DNA of 63,915 nt, counting the filler, from Octopus bimaculoides (taxonomy: Eukaryota), in the NCBI RefSeq assembly GCF_001194135.2. It is 6 parts of 6 records of this genome, joined end to end, with 100 filler letters (N's around TTAATTAATTAA, not from the genome) between each part and the next. Parts side by side here need not be neighbours in the genome. Positions count along the whole stretch, not along the records: positions 29,667 to 45,382 come from NC_069000.1; positions 45,483 to 56,958 come from NC_068995.1; 4 more parts are not named here. One strand, written 5' to 3'. A program made the translations under genes and the position numbers. A model generated the notes under the pieces. It ran no database searches. It was given only the letters and a program-made list of their open reading frames with translations, and was not told where the DNA came from. Shown here piece after piece: positions 40,337 through 54,003 of the stretch (position 1 is the first letter of the stretch; each line of letters opens with the position of its first letter).

Positions 40337-41088
40337 TCATACACACACAGAGATATAAGTAAGTAAATATAGATATATGTATATGTATATATATATACAA
40401 ATATATGCATTATAACTATGTATGTGTGAATGAGTATGCGTCGCTTTGTGTGCTCACGTACCTATATTTGTGCATAGTTATATATTTGAGATGACTGGTT
40501 TTTATTTATTTCGAAAGGTAACGCAGCGGTTCTACAAATTAGTGATCGTTAAACTAAGTAACAAACAGAAATATGCACCAAGTGCAATGGGATCAAATAA
40601 TTCTTATGAATAAACTTCTCCATCATAACCGCGGTTAGTAACTGAAAGCAGAAGAAAATAATATTAAGTCGGTGTCTCGATATACCAATATCTTAAACAC
40701 TCAAACGAAAGTAAGAAAATCAAAAGAATACATCGGCTGTCATAATTATTGGTCAAGATATAGTGAAGTGTTGTTTCTGCGGAGAATTTAAACACTGAGG
40801 CTTAAATCTACGAGCTATATTGATTAGATCGTAAAACTACAGAGTAGAAGATTGATTGAGTTTTACAAGTCAAAGAGAAATTTTTGAAGTGAAGATGGAT
40901 AGCCGATTGAATCGACCATTGCATATTATAGGTGGCTGTTTCTTTAATTCCAGGGTAAAGGATGAATAGCAAGGCTTTTCAATCTTCACTTTGAACTCAG
41001 TATGATATTCAGAGAAAATGAAATATTGTAAAACATTTATCGATATGCACTTCCGCTGTGTAGCTGTGTATACATGTGTACATTACGA

Positions 41089-41119
<31 letters not shown>

Positions 41120-41171
41120 TGTACTGAGGTATTATGCGTATATATATATATCATATACATGTATATATATG

Positions 41172-41219
<48 letters not shown>

Positions 41220-41690
41220 TACACGCTCTTCCTATGAAGTCAAGTCATCTATCAATAGTAATTGCAAATTTTGGTCATGGCAGACCAGCGGTTTATAGCT
41301 GACGTCTGTAATCTATAATGTCTTCTGAAGTGAATACCAATTCATGCCATATACATGCATGTTAGATATTCTATTAACGTAAGATACGAAAAACGGAAGG
41401 GTGACTTCAGTGGTGTAAAAGTTAGTAGGATTGAAGAAATTAAGTTGTTTCTACTGAAGCCATTTTGCGGTAGAAGCGCATCTCCTTTTATCTTGTTTTA
41501 CTTGGTTCAGTCATTGGATTGCGGCAATACTGGGGCACCGCCTTGAAGTGTTTCTGTCACGATTATCATCTCTACCGGTTTGTTTATCTTTTAAAAGTTT
41601 GGTACTAGTGGGAATGGAACAAATGTAGATAACAGATACAAGGACAGACACACAGCCATGCAAAAACATGCACACATACAGAGGCACAAA

Positions 41691-41749
<59 letters not shown>

Positions 41750-41936
41750 TTTATACAGACTGTTGTATGTAAAACAACTATGACGAAAAGTGGTCGAATT
41801 CAGTACGTAGTAACAGCTAGCAAATCATGTTGTTGCTTAGGATATGGTCAACTCTGAATGATATTCCACCCATGGCCACGCGTACTTTCTATACACACGC
41901 AAGCACAAACACACACACACCTATATATGTATATAT

Positions 41937-42007
<71 letters not shown>

Positions 42008-42042
42008 CATCATATTTATATATATATATATATATATACATC

Positions 42043-42074
<32 letters not shown>

Positions 42075-42174
42075 ATATATATATACACCAGTCACGGTGA
42101 CCGCCCCAGAATTTTCAACTCGGTGCCTCAACATGTCCGCAGCTTCAAAGCTGAAGCAAGTTAAAGGGTGAGTC

Positions 42175-42217
<43 letters not shown>

Positions 42218-43744
42218 TAGATAGAGTGAAATAGTAAAATCCAAGTTGTGTACTCTTGGAGCACATTTATTAAAACGCGTGTTACAATCCAGTATTCAGT
42301 CGTAGTTGCTGTATTCGCGCGAATTACATATTTGAGTTCAACGTTCTGGAAAAGTTGTTTTCGGAGTTATCATATTACAAACAGGAACTTGCACAAAAGT
42401 TTGTTATTACGTATTCGCTGTTATTTGAAGAAGTTCTAGTAGGAGATTACTTGCATGTTTATCCAAGTGTTCATCATTATGAATCCTATTAGCAAAGAAA
42501 CGTGTCATACTGAATAAATAATATTCAAGATTTTCCTGTCTCCTGATTTGTAATATATTTTGTTATTCTGTTACTTGTTTCAGTCATTAGACTGCAGACA
42601 TGCAGAGGCAGGCATACGTACAAGCATATATACATATATACCTGCACTATTATGTAAGAAATAACACTTATATGATATATAAGCTAAGAAACCAAAGCAT
42701 AATTTCTACTTAACATGTGCTGTCTACTGCTGTACGGTATATTTTATTCATTGACACACATCGCATTCCTGTTTAAGTGCAAGTTTGTCAAGAGACAGTA
42801 AAATGTATCTGTTCAGTGATAAAAGGAAAGTGAGATACAACTGAGAATGTGACCTGGTGCCACACTCGTGAAAGTAGTGTCCACAATCTAATTAACCATG
42901 GTTTCCTCAATTGGAATTCTTTATTTCAGTCTTAAGTAATATTTCGTTGAACAATAATTGTTGAAATTCACCAGAAGTGTGATATAACAACGAAATATTA
43001 AAAGGGGTTACTTTTATATATTTTCTGTTGCTATCTTAACGTCATGCTCTCGCACTATTGATTTATCATTTAAGACCCAGAGTGGAAATAAATGCAGGAT
43101 GCTGACAGCTAAAACTAGATGATTCTGTAACTACCCAGTTCATTAGGTTAACAAAGAAATTAGCATATCACTTTTAACCAAATATCATTTCTTTGTTTAG
43201 CTATTCTAGAGAAATAATAGCAAAAACAGCGATTAACAGAAAATCTAAAGGAAGATATTCCAATTGAATCCCTATGTTTTAAAGAACGTTAATTGAATTA
43301 ACGTCGTATTCTATAGTTCTGCACGTGATTTTAAGATGCCGTTTACGACTTGGCGAATAGCAACAAAAGTACTTTCACTAAATTAACACACAAAATAACA
43401 GAAAACGTCAACAACAGAATCATACAACAAGCGAAACGAAGATGAAATTTAACTGAACTGAAAGGCAAGTAAAGTTGCAGCATTGACAAATACATGAACA
43501 ACAATGAATGTATCCACATTGGTTAGAGAGAAAAAAACAGAGAGAAAACAAAAAAGAATAGTTGAGGATATAAAGAAATCGAGTTGTTGAACACTTAATA
43601 AATACAAAAACACCCACAGCTATCATTCACTATTGAATAATTTCCTTCATATTTTAGACTGACAATTTATATCTGTACTGTTATTTTATATTATAACTTT
43701 TATTTAATTACCATTAGCTTACGGTTAATATTTCTGTTGTCACG

Positions 43745-44720
43745 ATGGCAGCTGGCAGAACCGTATTGTGCTGAGCGAAATGATAAGCAGCATTTTTTCC
43801 ATCTTCAGGTTCTTATTTTAAATTTCGCTGAGGTCGACTTTGCCTTCCATCAATTCGGAATCAAATAAGAACTAGTTGAAACACTGAGGTTGATATAACT
43901 GACCTACCGACTTACCTGATTTTGCTGGCCTTGTACCAGAATTTCAACCGAATATTTGTGACTTCATTAAGGCTGCAAGATCGCAGAATCATTAGTACAC
44001 CGGGCGAAATGCTTAGCGGCATTTCGTTCGTTTTCCCGTTCTGATTTTAAATTCCGCCTGTGTTCACTTTGCCGTTCATCATTTTAGAAGCGATAAAATA
44101 AATACCAGTCGAACAGTGAGGTCGATTTAATCAATTAATGCCCTCTCCGAAATCAACTGGACTCTGCCAGATTTGGAAAAGAATACTTCCGAGTTCATTG
44201 AAACCGTTACAGGTGAGTATACAAAAATATTGAGGGAAAATAGCAGAGGCTTCACCTTGTGCTAATACTGATTTCAAATTTTGGGACATATGCAGCCAAG
44301 TTCGGAGATCGGTTTAGTCAATTACATCGCCCTCAGTACTTAACTGGTGCTCATTTCATTGACGCGAAACGTTGAAAGAAAAGGTCGGCCTCGGCTAAAT
44401 TTGAACTCAGAACGTATAGACGGACGAAATGTCATTCAGCAATTTTCTCGGCATGCTAAAGATTTTGTCATCTCACCGCCTTAACAAGTGTTAATATTGG
44501 TTTAGAAAAAAAAAGCTTGCACATGGTCAACACGTTTTGGGAACGGAATAAACCGACTACATTGATAGCCAATGCGCAAATATTTACTATATCGATCCCG
44601 GAAGGGTAAAATGCCAAATCGAACTCGGCGGAATTTGAACTGAGAACGTAGAGGTATGCGAAATGTTTCAGAGTATTTTCTCCGGCAGTCTGACGATTTG
44701 GTCAGCTGGTCACATTAACA
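43745..44720. mobile_element. Cluster of four diverged SINE family C copies: two plus (about 43745-43950, 43975-44190) and two minus (about 44266-44482, 44485-44720)
   Basis: Each copy has a recognisable gcagaa/ttagc head, a gtcgactttgcc-like core and a ttgaaacc-type tail. Confidence 0.7.
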
Positions 44721-45242
44721 AAATGAAATATTGAAAATAATCATCGGCATAGATTTCCGAGTGAATTAAACTGGTCTGGCTTCGAAGAAAGACTTCATGC
44801 ATACTAGTTTGCCTTTTCGAAAGCAATGCCATTATATAAGTTTTATATGTCTCTCAACCATATCACAAAGTGATATTCTTTATATACAAAAATTGCCAGT
44901 ACGATTCCAATAATAAAATTAGTATATCTGCTATTATTGAATGGTCTTCTTTTGACATGTTGATTCTTCATGTCAGTAAAAATGACAACAAAACAATAAC
45001 AAAAATAGAAACAGTAATATAAGCTTCAAAATCAACAGGAACATCTACAACAGTAATAATCGCAACAATATAACAATCCTAAAAGTAGCAACAGAAATTG
45101 TGAAGCGGAACTAATAAATTAGATCGGCGACAGTAATAATGTTAATGGCCACAAAACGCTACATTTTCAGAATAGCGAGCGTTCATGGATATCGACAGTA
45201 CTACTCATTTTATCGCCTCTGGAAGGACAATGCAGGCCTGCG

Positions 45243-45280
<38 letters not shown>

Positions 45281-45347
45281 ATATATATGTGATTATATAT
45301 ACAAGTGTGTGCGTATGTACTTATATATACATGTTAGAACACGCACG

Positions 45348-45379
<32 letters not shown>

Positions 45380-45565
45380 TACNNNNNNNNNNNNNNNNNN
45401 NNNNNNNNNNNNNNNNNNNNNNNNNNTTAATTAATTAANNNNNNNNNNNNNNNNNNNNNNNNNNNNNNNNNNNNNNNNNNNNTGTCAGGTTAAGAAGTTA
45501 TAATCAACGTATGATATTATCTCCCTCGTTGTTAAATATATTCATTATATTTTGTCTCTTTGCAG

Positions 45566-45715
45566 CAATCTCTTGGAGAAGAAGGCATGTCTCTGGAGTT
45601 TCGCCACATCGCCAGCTATCTGGTTTGGTATTCTTCTCATCATCTCTGTGAAGAATTACTTCATGAGGTGATCCTTTGCATTGGCAACTTTACGGTGCTA
45701 AACTCTGATAATCAG
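45566..45715 (+). CDS. SCAPER: Internal coding exon (50 codons, phase 0/0) of S phase cyclin A-associated protein in the ER
   Basis: Acceptor ttttgtctctttgcag| and donor CAG|gtaagt. Translates to QSLGEEGMSLEFRHIASYLVWYSSHHLCEELLHEVILCIGNFTVLNSDNQ, which matches the C-terminal region of vertebrate SCAPER as I recall it (SIVGAEGLSLAFRHMASSLLGHCSQVSCESLLHEVIVCVGYFTVNHPDNQ). Confidence 0.9.
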
Positions 45716-46539
45716 GTAAGTCTCTGTGTGTGTGTGTGTGTGTGTGTGTGTATTCATTCTCTTAATTTCAGAACACAAACTATCCCTTAGTCTATTTAAA
45801 TATTTTTGTTGTTTCGTCTAACATCAAAATCACGTGAGATTTTTGACCGAAATTTTGATCTTGACCTGACATCTGTTCTTTTGTGTCTTTCTGTATTCAT
45901 GTACCTAAGAGACTAACCCTGCCATTTTTTATAAAAACACACTAAGATGTTATTTGAGATAGTTTTGATTATTATTTCTAGCAAGGCCCGTGGCTGCTAA
46001 AAGACTTTTCTCTTTATCATGTCTTATTTTTAAAACGGTAAAATTGTCCTGAGTGAATGCTATGGAATCGTGAGATCGTACAGCTTGTTCCATTGTTTCT
46101 GTAGTGATGATATAACTTAGCTTTGTTGCTTACAGCGTTCCTATTTCTTAGATATATTAACAGAAAATAGTGTGTGAGCACAAAAATCCTCTCTGCACGG
46201 GATCAGTGCCGTTGATTCAAGAATTCGAGATGGTTGATGTGGCGGTTGGGGAATAGTTTCACTCCAAAATCAAAAGCAGGGTCTGTCGTGAAGTGCATAG
46301 CGAGGTGGACCCTACTCCCCACCTCACAATTTCACTCGACTAAATACTACAATAATCTGGTCGGTGCAGTCGTTGTGTTTGTAGTCCAGTCTTAGGTTCC
46401 TTCTACGATGATAACTACGGGTTATCATCTTGGATTATGATTATCAGTTTAGTTGTAGTAATGATCATCGTTCACCGGCTCAGTTGTGGCACACAAAAGG
46501 ATCCCCAAAGATGGAGTTTGGGGTTCAAAACTATGAAAG

Positions 46540-46992
46540 TGTTTACTAAGCTCGCTTAGCAACAACGTGGTTTTAGGTTCAGTCCTACTGTCTGGCACCG
46601 TAACCGAGTGCTTTCTACTGTAGTCTCGGGACGACCAATGCCTCGTGAGTGAATTTGGTAGGAAACTGTAAAAGCATGTCGTGTATTTGTGTCCCTGTCC
46701 CTTGACAACCGGTCTTGGTTTGTTTACGTTCGCGTAATTTACGGTTCGGCAGAAGTAACTGCAAAAATAAGCACCAGACTTAAAAGTTATTCGACAAAAC
46801 TCTTCAGGGTTTGCTCCGGCATGGCCGCAGTCTAATAACTGAAAGACGGAAATGATAAAAGGAAGATATCAGCTCAACCTTCCCGAGTCTTTCCTCATAA
46901 ATCTGTTCGCATCTTGGATACATTGTAAGATTATTGGTTTCAAGCTTTGACACAATGCCAGCAATTTTGGGTGCGGTTGTGATTAAATCCGT

Positions 46993-47026
<34 letters not shown>

Positions 47027-47250
47027 TTCGTGTCTGCGTTCCGTCCCATCCACCCACTACACTGCTTGTCAACTGGTGTTGGTGTGTTAACGTTCCAGTA
47101 ACTTAGTGGTTCGGCAAAAGAGACTGATAAAATGCGTACCAGGTTTTAAAAAAAAATAAGGAGCTGGGGGGTCGATCCGTTCGACTAAAAATTCTGAAGG
47201 CAGTGCTCCAGCCTGGCTGTAGCCTAATGATTGAAACAAGTAAAAGAATT
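46540..47250 (+). mobile_element. Two SINE family A copies or fragments in tandem (about 46540-46850 and 47020-47250)
   Basis: Both contain gtgt..acgt..gtaa.tta..ggttcggca and the gcatggccgcagtc..actgaaa tail. Confidence 0.7.
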
Positions 47251-47410
47251 GTAGCTCGTTATCACAAGACATTTCTGTCCAGTGTTCTGTTAATCTAAAT
47301 CTTGCCATATCCGTTCCTGAGTGATTTAGATATTGCTCCAGGCTGTGATGGATTACCAGAAACTAAAGAGTTGTGTTCAAGGCAAATAAGTCATCTATCG
47401 CATATTCTAA

Positions 47411-47772
47411 TCTTATCTTTTACCACTTTCAGTCATTAGACTCCGGCCATGCTGGAGCACCGCCTTGAATTTTAGTCGAACGAATCAATCTTAGTACTTA
47501 CTCTATCAGTATGTTTTGCCTAACTGCTCAGTTACGGGGACGTAAACACACCAGCACCGGTTGTCAAGTGATGGTGCCGGTGGTTGGACAAACACAGACA
47601 AAAGATTCACTCACATACGGCGGGCTGCTTTCAGTTTCCGTTTGCCAAATTCACTCACAAGGCTTTGGTTGACCCGAGGCTACAGTAGAAGACATTTAAC
47701 CATGGTGCCACGCAGTGGGACTGAACTCGGAACCATGTGGCTGGGAAGCAAACTTTTGCATCACACAGTCAC
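47411..47772 (-). mobile_element. SINE family A, lacking the internal microsatellite
   Basis: Both modules present, joined by acaaagattcactcacatacgg. Confidence 0.8.
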
Positions 47773-49015
47773 ATTTATTAATTTAAAACAAAATTGGTAA
47801 TTTCCTTAAAATATAGAATTACTGTTTTTCTTGCTCACAGCGTTAATTAACCATTTCTCTTATTAACTGCATTACATTAATTAAATGAAAGCAGGTTTGT
47901 TGAAGTTTTATGATATATCAGTAAAACGGCATCTATCTTATCAAACCTTGTTTAAAGTGGGTGCGTATACAAATAAAGCTGACATGTTATATATGCGCAT
48001 GTTTAATACATTAAAAGCATGTAGCTTTGATTGAGTAGAAAACAGACATGTGGAGGTTGGAAAATATAATGGAAAGTAAACAGAAGAAAAAGGTTATTCT
48101 TATTATTATCATTATTATTTAGACAAATTTTTCAACTGGTGGCTTTACCAAATAAATTGTATCTCAAGTCTTCGATAAGGACGGTCAACTAAGACAGCTG
48201 TAAACTGTCAGTATATTCTCGACTGTAATTGTGACAAATGGCACGCGTTGGAAACGTGTTTTGAGGAATTTAAATTTCTGGAGTTTTTTTTTCTTATTTT
48301 GGCCATTTGCGTACAAAATCAGTTCTGTTTATTAGATCTGATGGTTCCTTTCAGCCGAAGTTGTCCGAAGTATTAGCAGGGCCACGATACAGGTTCTGCA
48401 CGCATTTGTTTAGTGCCTCAGCATTACTGTCTTTTACTGTTATAGTTGGTTGTAGGTGAGAGCCACCAAGGGAGATCCCACCAACACCAACCCCGTTGCG
48501 TTGCTTTCGCCAGAAACGCCGTAGGGTTCCCTTGATCAGGTTTCTTTAGAAATAATAGCCGCCTCGCTAATTAGCTAAATAATGGTTGTGTGATTGGCAA
48601 GATTGACAGGAGGAAGTGCATTCTTTCCTTCTTCGGCCAAGCTCTCATTGACTTCTTCTCTACAAGTACCACACGCAGAGGAACAGGAGGATGAAGAGAA
48701 GATGTGCGGCCATCTATTAGCTGAAAGATATGTGAAAATGGCGAGTATGGTCCGAGTGATTGAACCTGCTCTCAGTTTGCCAGAAGACACAGCTGGAGGA
48801 GGGTAACACTTGCCTTTCACACTAAGTTCTTGTCTTGTCCCGATGTGTTTATCTTCGATTTTTTCCTTTCGTGTTTCTCTTGATGGTTTCCAGGCCTGGT
48901 CTTCTCATCCATGTGTAAAACCTCCATTTTTTTTCACATTGTCTCAGTAATCTTTCTCCTCTTGCGCTCTTTAAGACAAGATAAAGGAATGGGGATTATT
49001 ATTATTATCATCATT

Positions 49016-49385
49016 AAGGTGGCGAGCTGGCAGAATCGTTAGCACGCCGGGCTAAATGCTTAGCGGTATTTCGCCAGTCGCTACGTTCTGAGTTCAAATT
49101 CCGTCGAAGTCGACTATACCTTTCAACCTTTCGGGGTCGATAAATTAAGTAAGTGCCAGTGTTTTACTGGAGTCGATGTAATCGACTATCACCCTCCTCA
49201 AAAATTGCTACCCTTGTGGCAAAATTTGAAACCATTATTATTATTACTAAAGCGGTGAGTTCCAGGGTCAATTTTGCCCTTCGTCTCTTCGGCTCCCCAA
49301 AAAAAAGAATAACGTACCAGTTAAGTACTAGATGTAATCGACTAATCCCGTCCATCTAAAAATTGCTGGCCTTGTAATCAGACCA
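49016..49385 (+). mobile_element. SINE family C plus an adjacent partial copy
   Basis: ggtggcgagctggcagaatcgttagcacgccggg ... gcaaaatttgaaacc. Confidence 0.8.
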
Positions 49386-49397
49386 TTTATTTATTAT

Positions 49398-49725
49398 CGC
49401 GGCTGTGTGGTATGAAGCATGTTTTGCAACCACATGATTCGGGGTTCAGTCCCACTGCGTGGCACCTTGGGCAAGTGTCTTCTAGTAAAGAAGCATGTCG
49501 TGTTATATATATATATAGTGTGTGTGTGTTTGTGTGTCTCCCCACCATCGCTTGACAACCGATGTTGATGTGTTTATGTCCATGTAACTTAGCGGTTGGG
49601 CAAAATTGGACCGAGAGAATACTTAGGCTTACAAGGAATAAGTCCTGGGGGGACGATTCGTTCGACTAAAATCCTTCAAGGTGGTGCTCCAGTATGGCCG
49701 CAGTCAAATGACTGAAGCATGTGAT
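49398..49725 (+). mobile_element. SINE family A with internal deletion
   Basis: ggctgtgtgg ... gtcccactgcgtggcaccttgggcaagtgtcttcta ... ggccgcagtcaaatgactgaa. Confidence 0.8.
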
Positions 49726-50056
49726 AGAAAAAAAAAAAGGAAAAGAACGAAAAGGAATTGTTTTGTTCCGTTTATTGAAAAAAAAAAAATTTAAAAAATG
49801 AAAACTAAAATTAATGAATTACAATGAAATCCAGTGTAAAGATGGTATATGATGGTGGTGGTGAGAGCGTGCAGTGATGTTCGTGTGTAGTGGTGGTGGT
49901 CGTGGCAGGGATGGTAGCACAACAAACATTTGATGGTTTGATAGTAGTCTCTGAAGTTGGTCTTATCTGAGGTTGTTTCATTGAAATTATGAAAATATTT
50001 ACACAACCGAACGAAAAACTGTTTTAGCTTGTTGACTGCGCAGTCGGGACTGGTAG

Positions 50057-50108
<52 letters not shown>

Positions 50109-50837
50109 ATCTCCGGAGATACATGTACGAGTACAGAAAACACAGGCTCACATGCACGCAAGTACGTGTACAAACGTACACACACACACGGAAAGTGTTT
50201 CGTGTGTGTGTGTGTGTGTTAAACGCACACACACTTGTATATGTGTAGCTGTAACACATACAAAAAGACCTGCACGTATATGTGCATAACTTCAAAGTTG
50301 CACGTGTGCACACGTGGAGACATGCACCGTACTGAAGCATAAAGCCAATGTAGATATAGTTAGACGCAATCATACCAAACCTCGCTGATAAATATATATA
50401 TATGTGTGTGTGTGTGTGTGTATCTTCATAAACATACGCAACATAATCCTACATGTATATGCACACACGCACGCACACACACACATATATATACACACAC
50501 ACTGTATTGATACGGTTGGTAAAAGGAGGAAGATATTTGAACCAGACACAATGTCGGTGTTGTAGTGGTTCTGTGCCTCTACGTATGGTAGTGCGGGTAG
50601 TAGTTGTAGTGGTGTCGGTGTCGCTACTATTTTAACGAAGAACGGTTTTAGGACCTTCAGTCCAAAACTGAGAATTCTGACGAAGGCTTCTGCCACTTCT
50701 AGACCTGCACCGTACCGTTCCACCGAAGCTCTATTTCAGGAAGAGTTCATTCATTCTCTGAATCACCCAATTGTCCCAAGCTTTGCCATCGCTTCTTATC
50801 ATCGTTTTCACAGCTTATATTTATTTCACGCGCACAC

Positions 50838-50890
<53 letters not shown>

Positions 50891-51580
50891 GTATATATAT
50901 GGGTATACGTATATAAAGTGTATATATTAATGTATATTTATGTATATGATGTGTATATATAATATAGATATAATACATGTATCTATTCAGCCATTTCCTT
51001 CTCTCTCGTGTGCGCGCACGTACGTATGTTTTATAACCTTTTACTTAAGTCATTGGACTGCTGCCATGCTGGAGCACTGCCTTAGAGGATTTTGTCGAAC
51101 AAATCGATTCCAGTACTTAATTTCTTTTTAAAGTCTGGTATTATTTTATCGGTGTCATTTGCGGAACTGTTTGGTTTACGGGAACGTAAACAAACCAGCT
51201 ACATAGGCCACTCGACTGAGTGGCATCTGAAGTAAATGTGCTTTTCCGTTGCGTTGGGTCTCCCAATTTGAATGAGAAACGCATGGAGGGGGATTGCATT
51301 TACAAGTGAAAAGCTCCAGCCTTGTGACACATTATGTCTGGTACAGTGTGTGTGTGACACTAATTGTACCTGAGAGAATTACTTTGAGGTTCCACGTATT
51401 TGGGGAATATTTAAAAGCAGTTGATTGAAGAATTGTATCCTCGTAGTCAAACGACGGATGTTCACAACGTAGAAAAAATATATGTATGTATATAGTGACG
51501 CATGTGTTTTTGAGTATGTGTGGGTGTATATATATATATATATATGTATATATATAGATATATATATATATATATCATAA

Positions 51581-51846
51581 AGAAAGTGGAGAGTTTGAAC
51601 ATAGCATAATCATTTTATTTACATTTTGTCAGTTATATAAGCATACTGCTATTTTAGTCTGTTGATGAAGGCTCAATCTATTAGGATGTAAAAACAAATG
51701 TGTCAATTTTCGTCCTGAAGAAATATCTACCTTCCTTATTTCATATTGCAATTTGACTGAAGATTGATATCGAAACGATCGTAGGCTTATATAATTGACA
51801 AAATGTAAATAAATTGGTTAAGCTGTGTTCAAACTCTCCATTTTCT
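51581..51846. repeat. Foldback element: 62-bp inverted arms around a 142-bp spacer
   Basis: 51581-51642 vs reverse complement of 51785-51846: 56/62 identical. Confidence 0.8.
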
Positions 51847-52070
51847 TTGATGTATTAGAATAACTATACCGACGTATAACTATGAGAAGTAAACATCTAT
51901 ATGAAATACTGGAACTCCAAAATGTGTTTAATACTGGTGCCTAACAAATAATAACACCAATATTGCCACAGAAAAGCAGGATTTCAAAAGCTTCATCGAT
52001 ATATAGGATAAAACCGGAGGATGCTTGGATGCTGACACCCCTTTAAAGAGGAATCTATTTTCTCACAAAA

Positions 52071-52120
<50 letters not shown>

Positions 52121-53164
52121 CGAACAGTGAACTGGACAACACTGCATAGTGCCATAGGTCCCCGTCTNNNNNNNNNNNNNNNNNNNNNNNNNNNNNNNNN
52201 NNNNNNNNNNNNNNNNNNNNNNNNNNNNNNNNNNNNNNNNNNNNNNNNNNNNNNNNNNNNNNNNNNNNNNNNNNNNNNNNNNNNNNNNNNNNNNNNNNNN
52301 NNNNNNNNNNNNNNNNNNNNNNNNNNNNNNNNNNNNNNNNNNNNNNNNNNNNNNNNNNNNNNNNNNNNNNNNNNNNNNNNNNNNNNNNNNNNNNNNNNNN
52401 NNNNNNNNNNNNNNNNNNNNNNNNNNNNNNNNNNNNNNNNNNNNNNNNNNNNNNNNNNNNNNNNNNNNNNNNNNNNNNNNNNNNNNNNNNNNNNNNNNNN
52501 NNNNNNNNNNNNNNNNNNNNNNNNNNNNNNNNNNNNNNNNNNNNNNNNNNNNNNNNNNNNNNNNNNNNNNNNNNNNNNNNNNNNNNNNNNNNNNNNNNNN
52601 NNNNNNNNNNNNNNNNNNNNNNNNNNNNNNNNNNNNNNNNNNNNNNNNNNNNNNNNNNNNNNNNNNNNNNNNNNNNNNNNNNNNNNNNNNNNNNNNNNNN
52701 NNNNNNNNNNNNNNNNNNNNNNNNNNNNNNNNNNNNNNNNNNNNNNNNNNNNNNNNNNNNNNNNNNNNNNNNNNNNNNNNNNNNNNNNNNNNNNNNNNNN
52801 NNNNNNNNNNNNNNNNNNNNNNNNNNNNNNNNNNNNNNNNNNNNNNNNNNNNNNNNNNNNNNNNNNNNNNNNNNNNNNNNNNNNNNNNNNNNNNNNNNNN
52901 NNNNNNNNNNNNNNNNNNNNNNNNNNNNNNNNNNNNNNNNNNNNNNNNNNNNNNNNNNNNNNNNNNNNNNNNNNNNNNNNNNNNNNNNNNNNNNNNNNNN
53001 NNNNNNNNNNNNNNNNNNNNNNNNNNNNNNNNNNNNNNNNNNNNNNNNNNNNNNNNNNNNNNNNNNNNNNNNNNNNNNNNNNNNNNNNNNNNNNNNNNNN
53101 NNNNNNNNNNNNNNNNNNNNNNNTATATATACATACACACACACATATATATATACATACACAC

Positions 53165-53237
<73 letters not shown>

Positions 53238-53242
53238 CACAC

Positions 53243-53283
<41 letters not shown>

Positions 53284-54003
53284 CGTGGAAAACATGCATG
53301 TGCCTTTTAATCTATGTGTGTGTACGTGTGTGTACACATGTATGTATATACGTATATAGAGATTGTTTTTTTGTAAACATCGTTCAGAAAGAAGTTATGT
53401 GCATTCATCCGTTATGACCTCGGCTACTTAACACAGTGTTGATTTGTCAATATACATACATGTATCTACGTATGTGTTATCCATATATGCATGTTTTATA
53501 TGTGTACGTATTGAATGTTTGGAAGTTGTGTTTTGTTAGGTTTGTTGTTTAATTGCAATTTGACCTCGGCACTGGTAATGTGTACGTGCGTGTTGCGTGG
53601 TGTGGTGTACATTTTCGAACCCAGCTGGTAAAACATTATGGATCGTACGTGAGTGGACGTCTGTAAATGCGTGCGTGTGTATAAAATTATACAGATACAC
53701 TATTTATTTTATTTTTTTTTTACTATTTATCGCTTCACGCATGCCATTGGATTGCGACCATACTGGAGCGCTGCTTTAACTACAATATGCCAATATTATC
53801 AACACCAGATTTTGATTGCGACTTATTTTATAAATAGCAAAGAAGGAAGACAAATTGGAGTGGGTGGGTTATTATTTGCATTTCTTAACTGAAGACATTT
53901 GAGGACGTGACAAGGTAACGATTCTGGCATTTATGTGTACGCACATACACTCCAGCGTGTTCTCTATCTCTTCTCTTTATCTCCTCTGCATGTATATAGT
54001 TAT

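Noticed and set aside
42085-42175. Short complex sequence with GG|gtgagt between (TA)n tracts
   Set aside because: One frame reads PRIFNSVPQHVRSFK, more like a LINE 3' scrap; no acceptor and no SCAPER match.
44160-44218. Strong donor CAG|gtgagt that could end an upstream SCAPER exon
   Set aside because: The upstream sequence is the tail of a family C SINE, with no acceptor and no SCAPER similarity.
51993-53359. Long 400+ aa ORFs (also at 5.8-6.3, 16.0-16.5, 18.9-19.5, 23.8-24.4, 55.9-56.5, 57.7-58.2 and 59.3-60.4 kb)
   Set aside because: Open only because N-runs and dinucleotide repeats lack stop codons.
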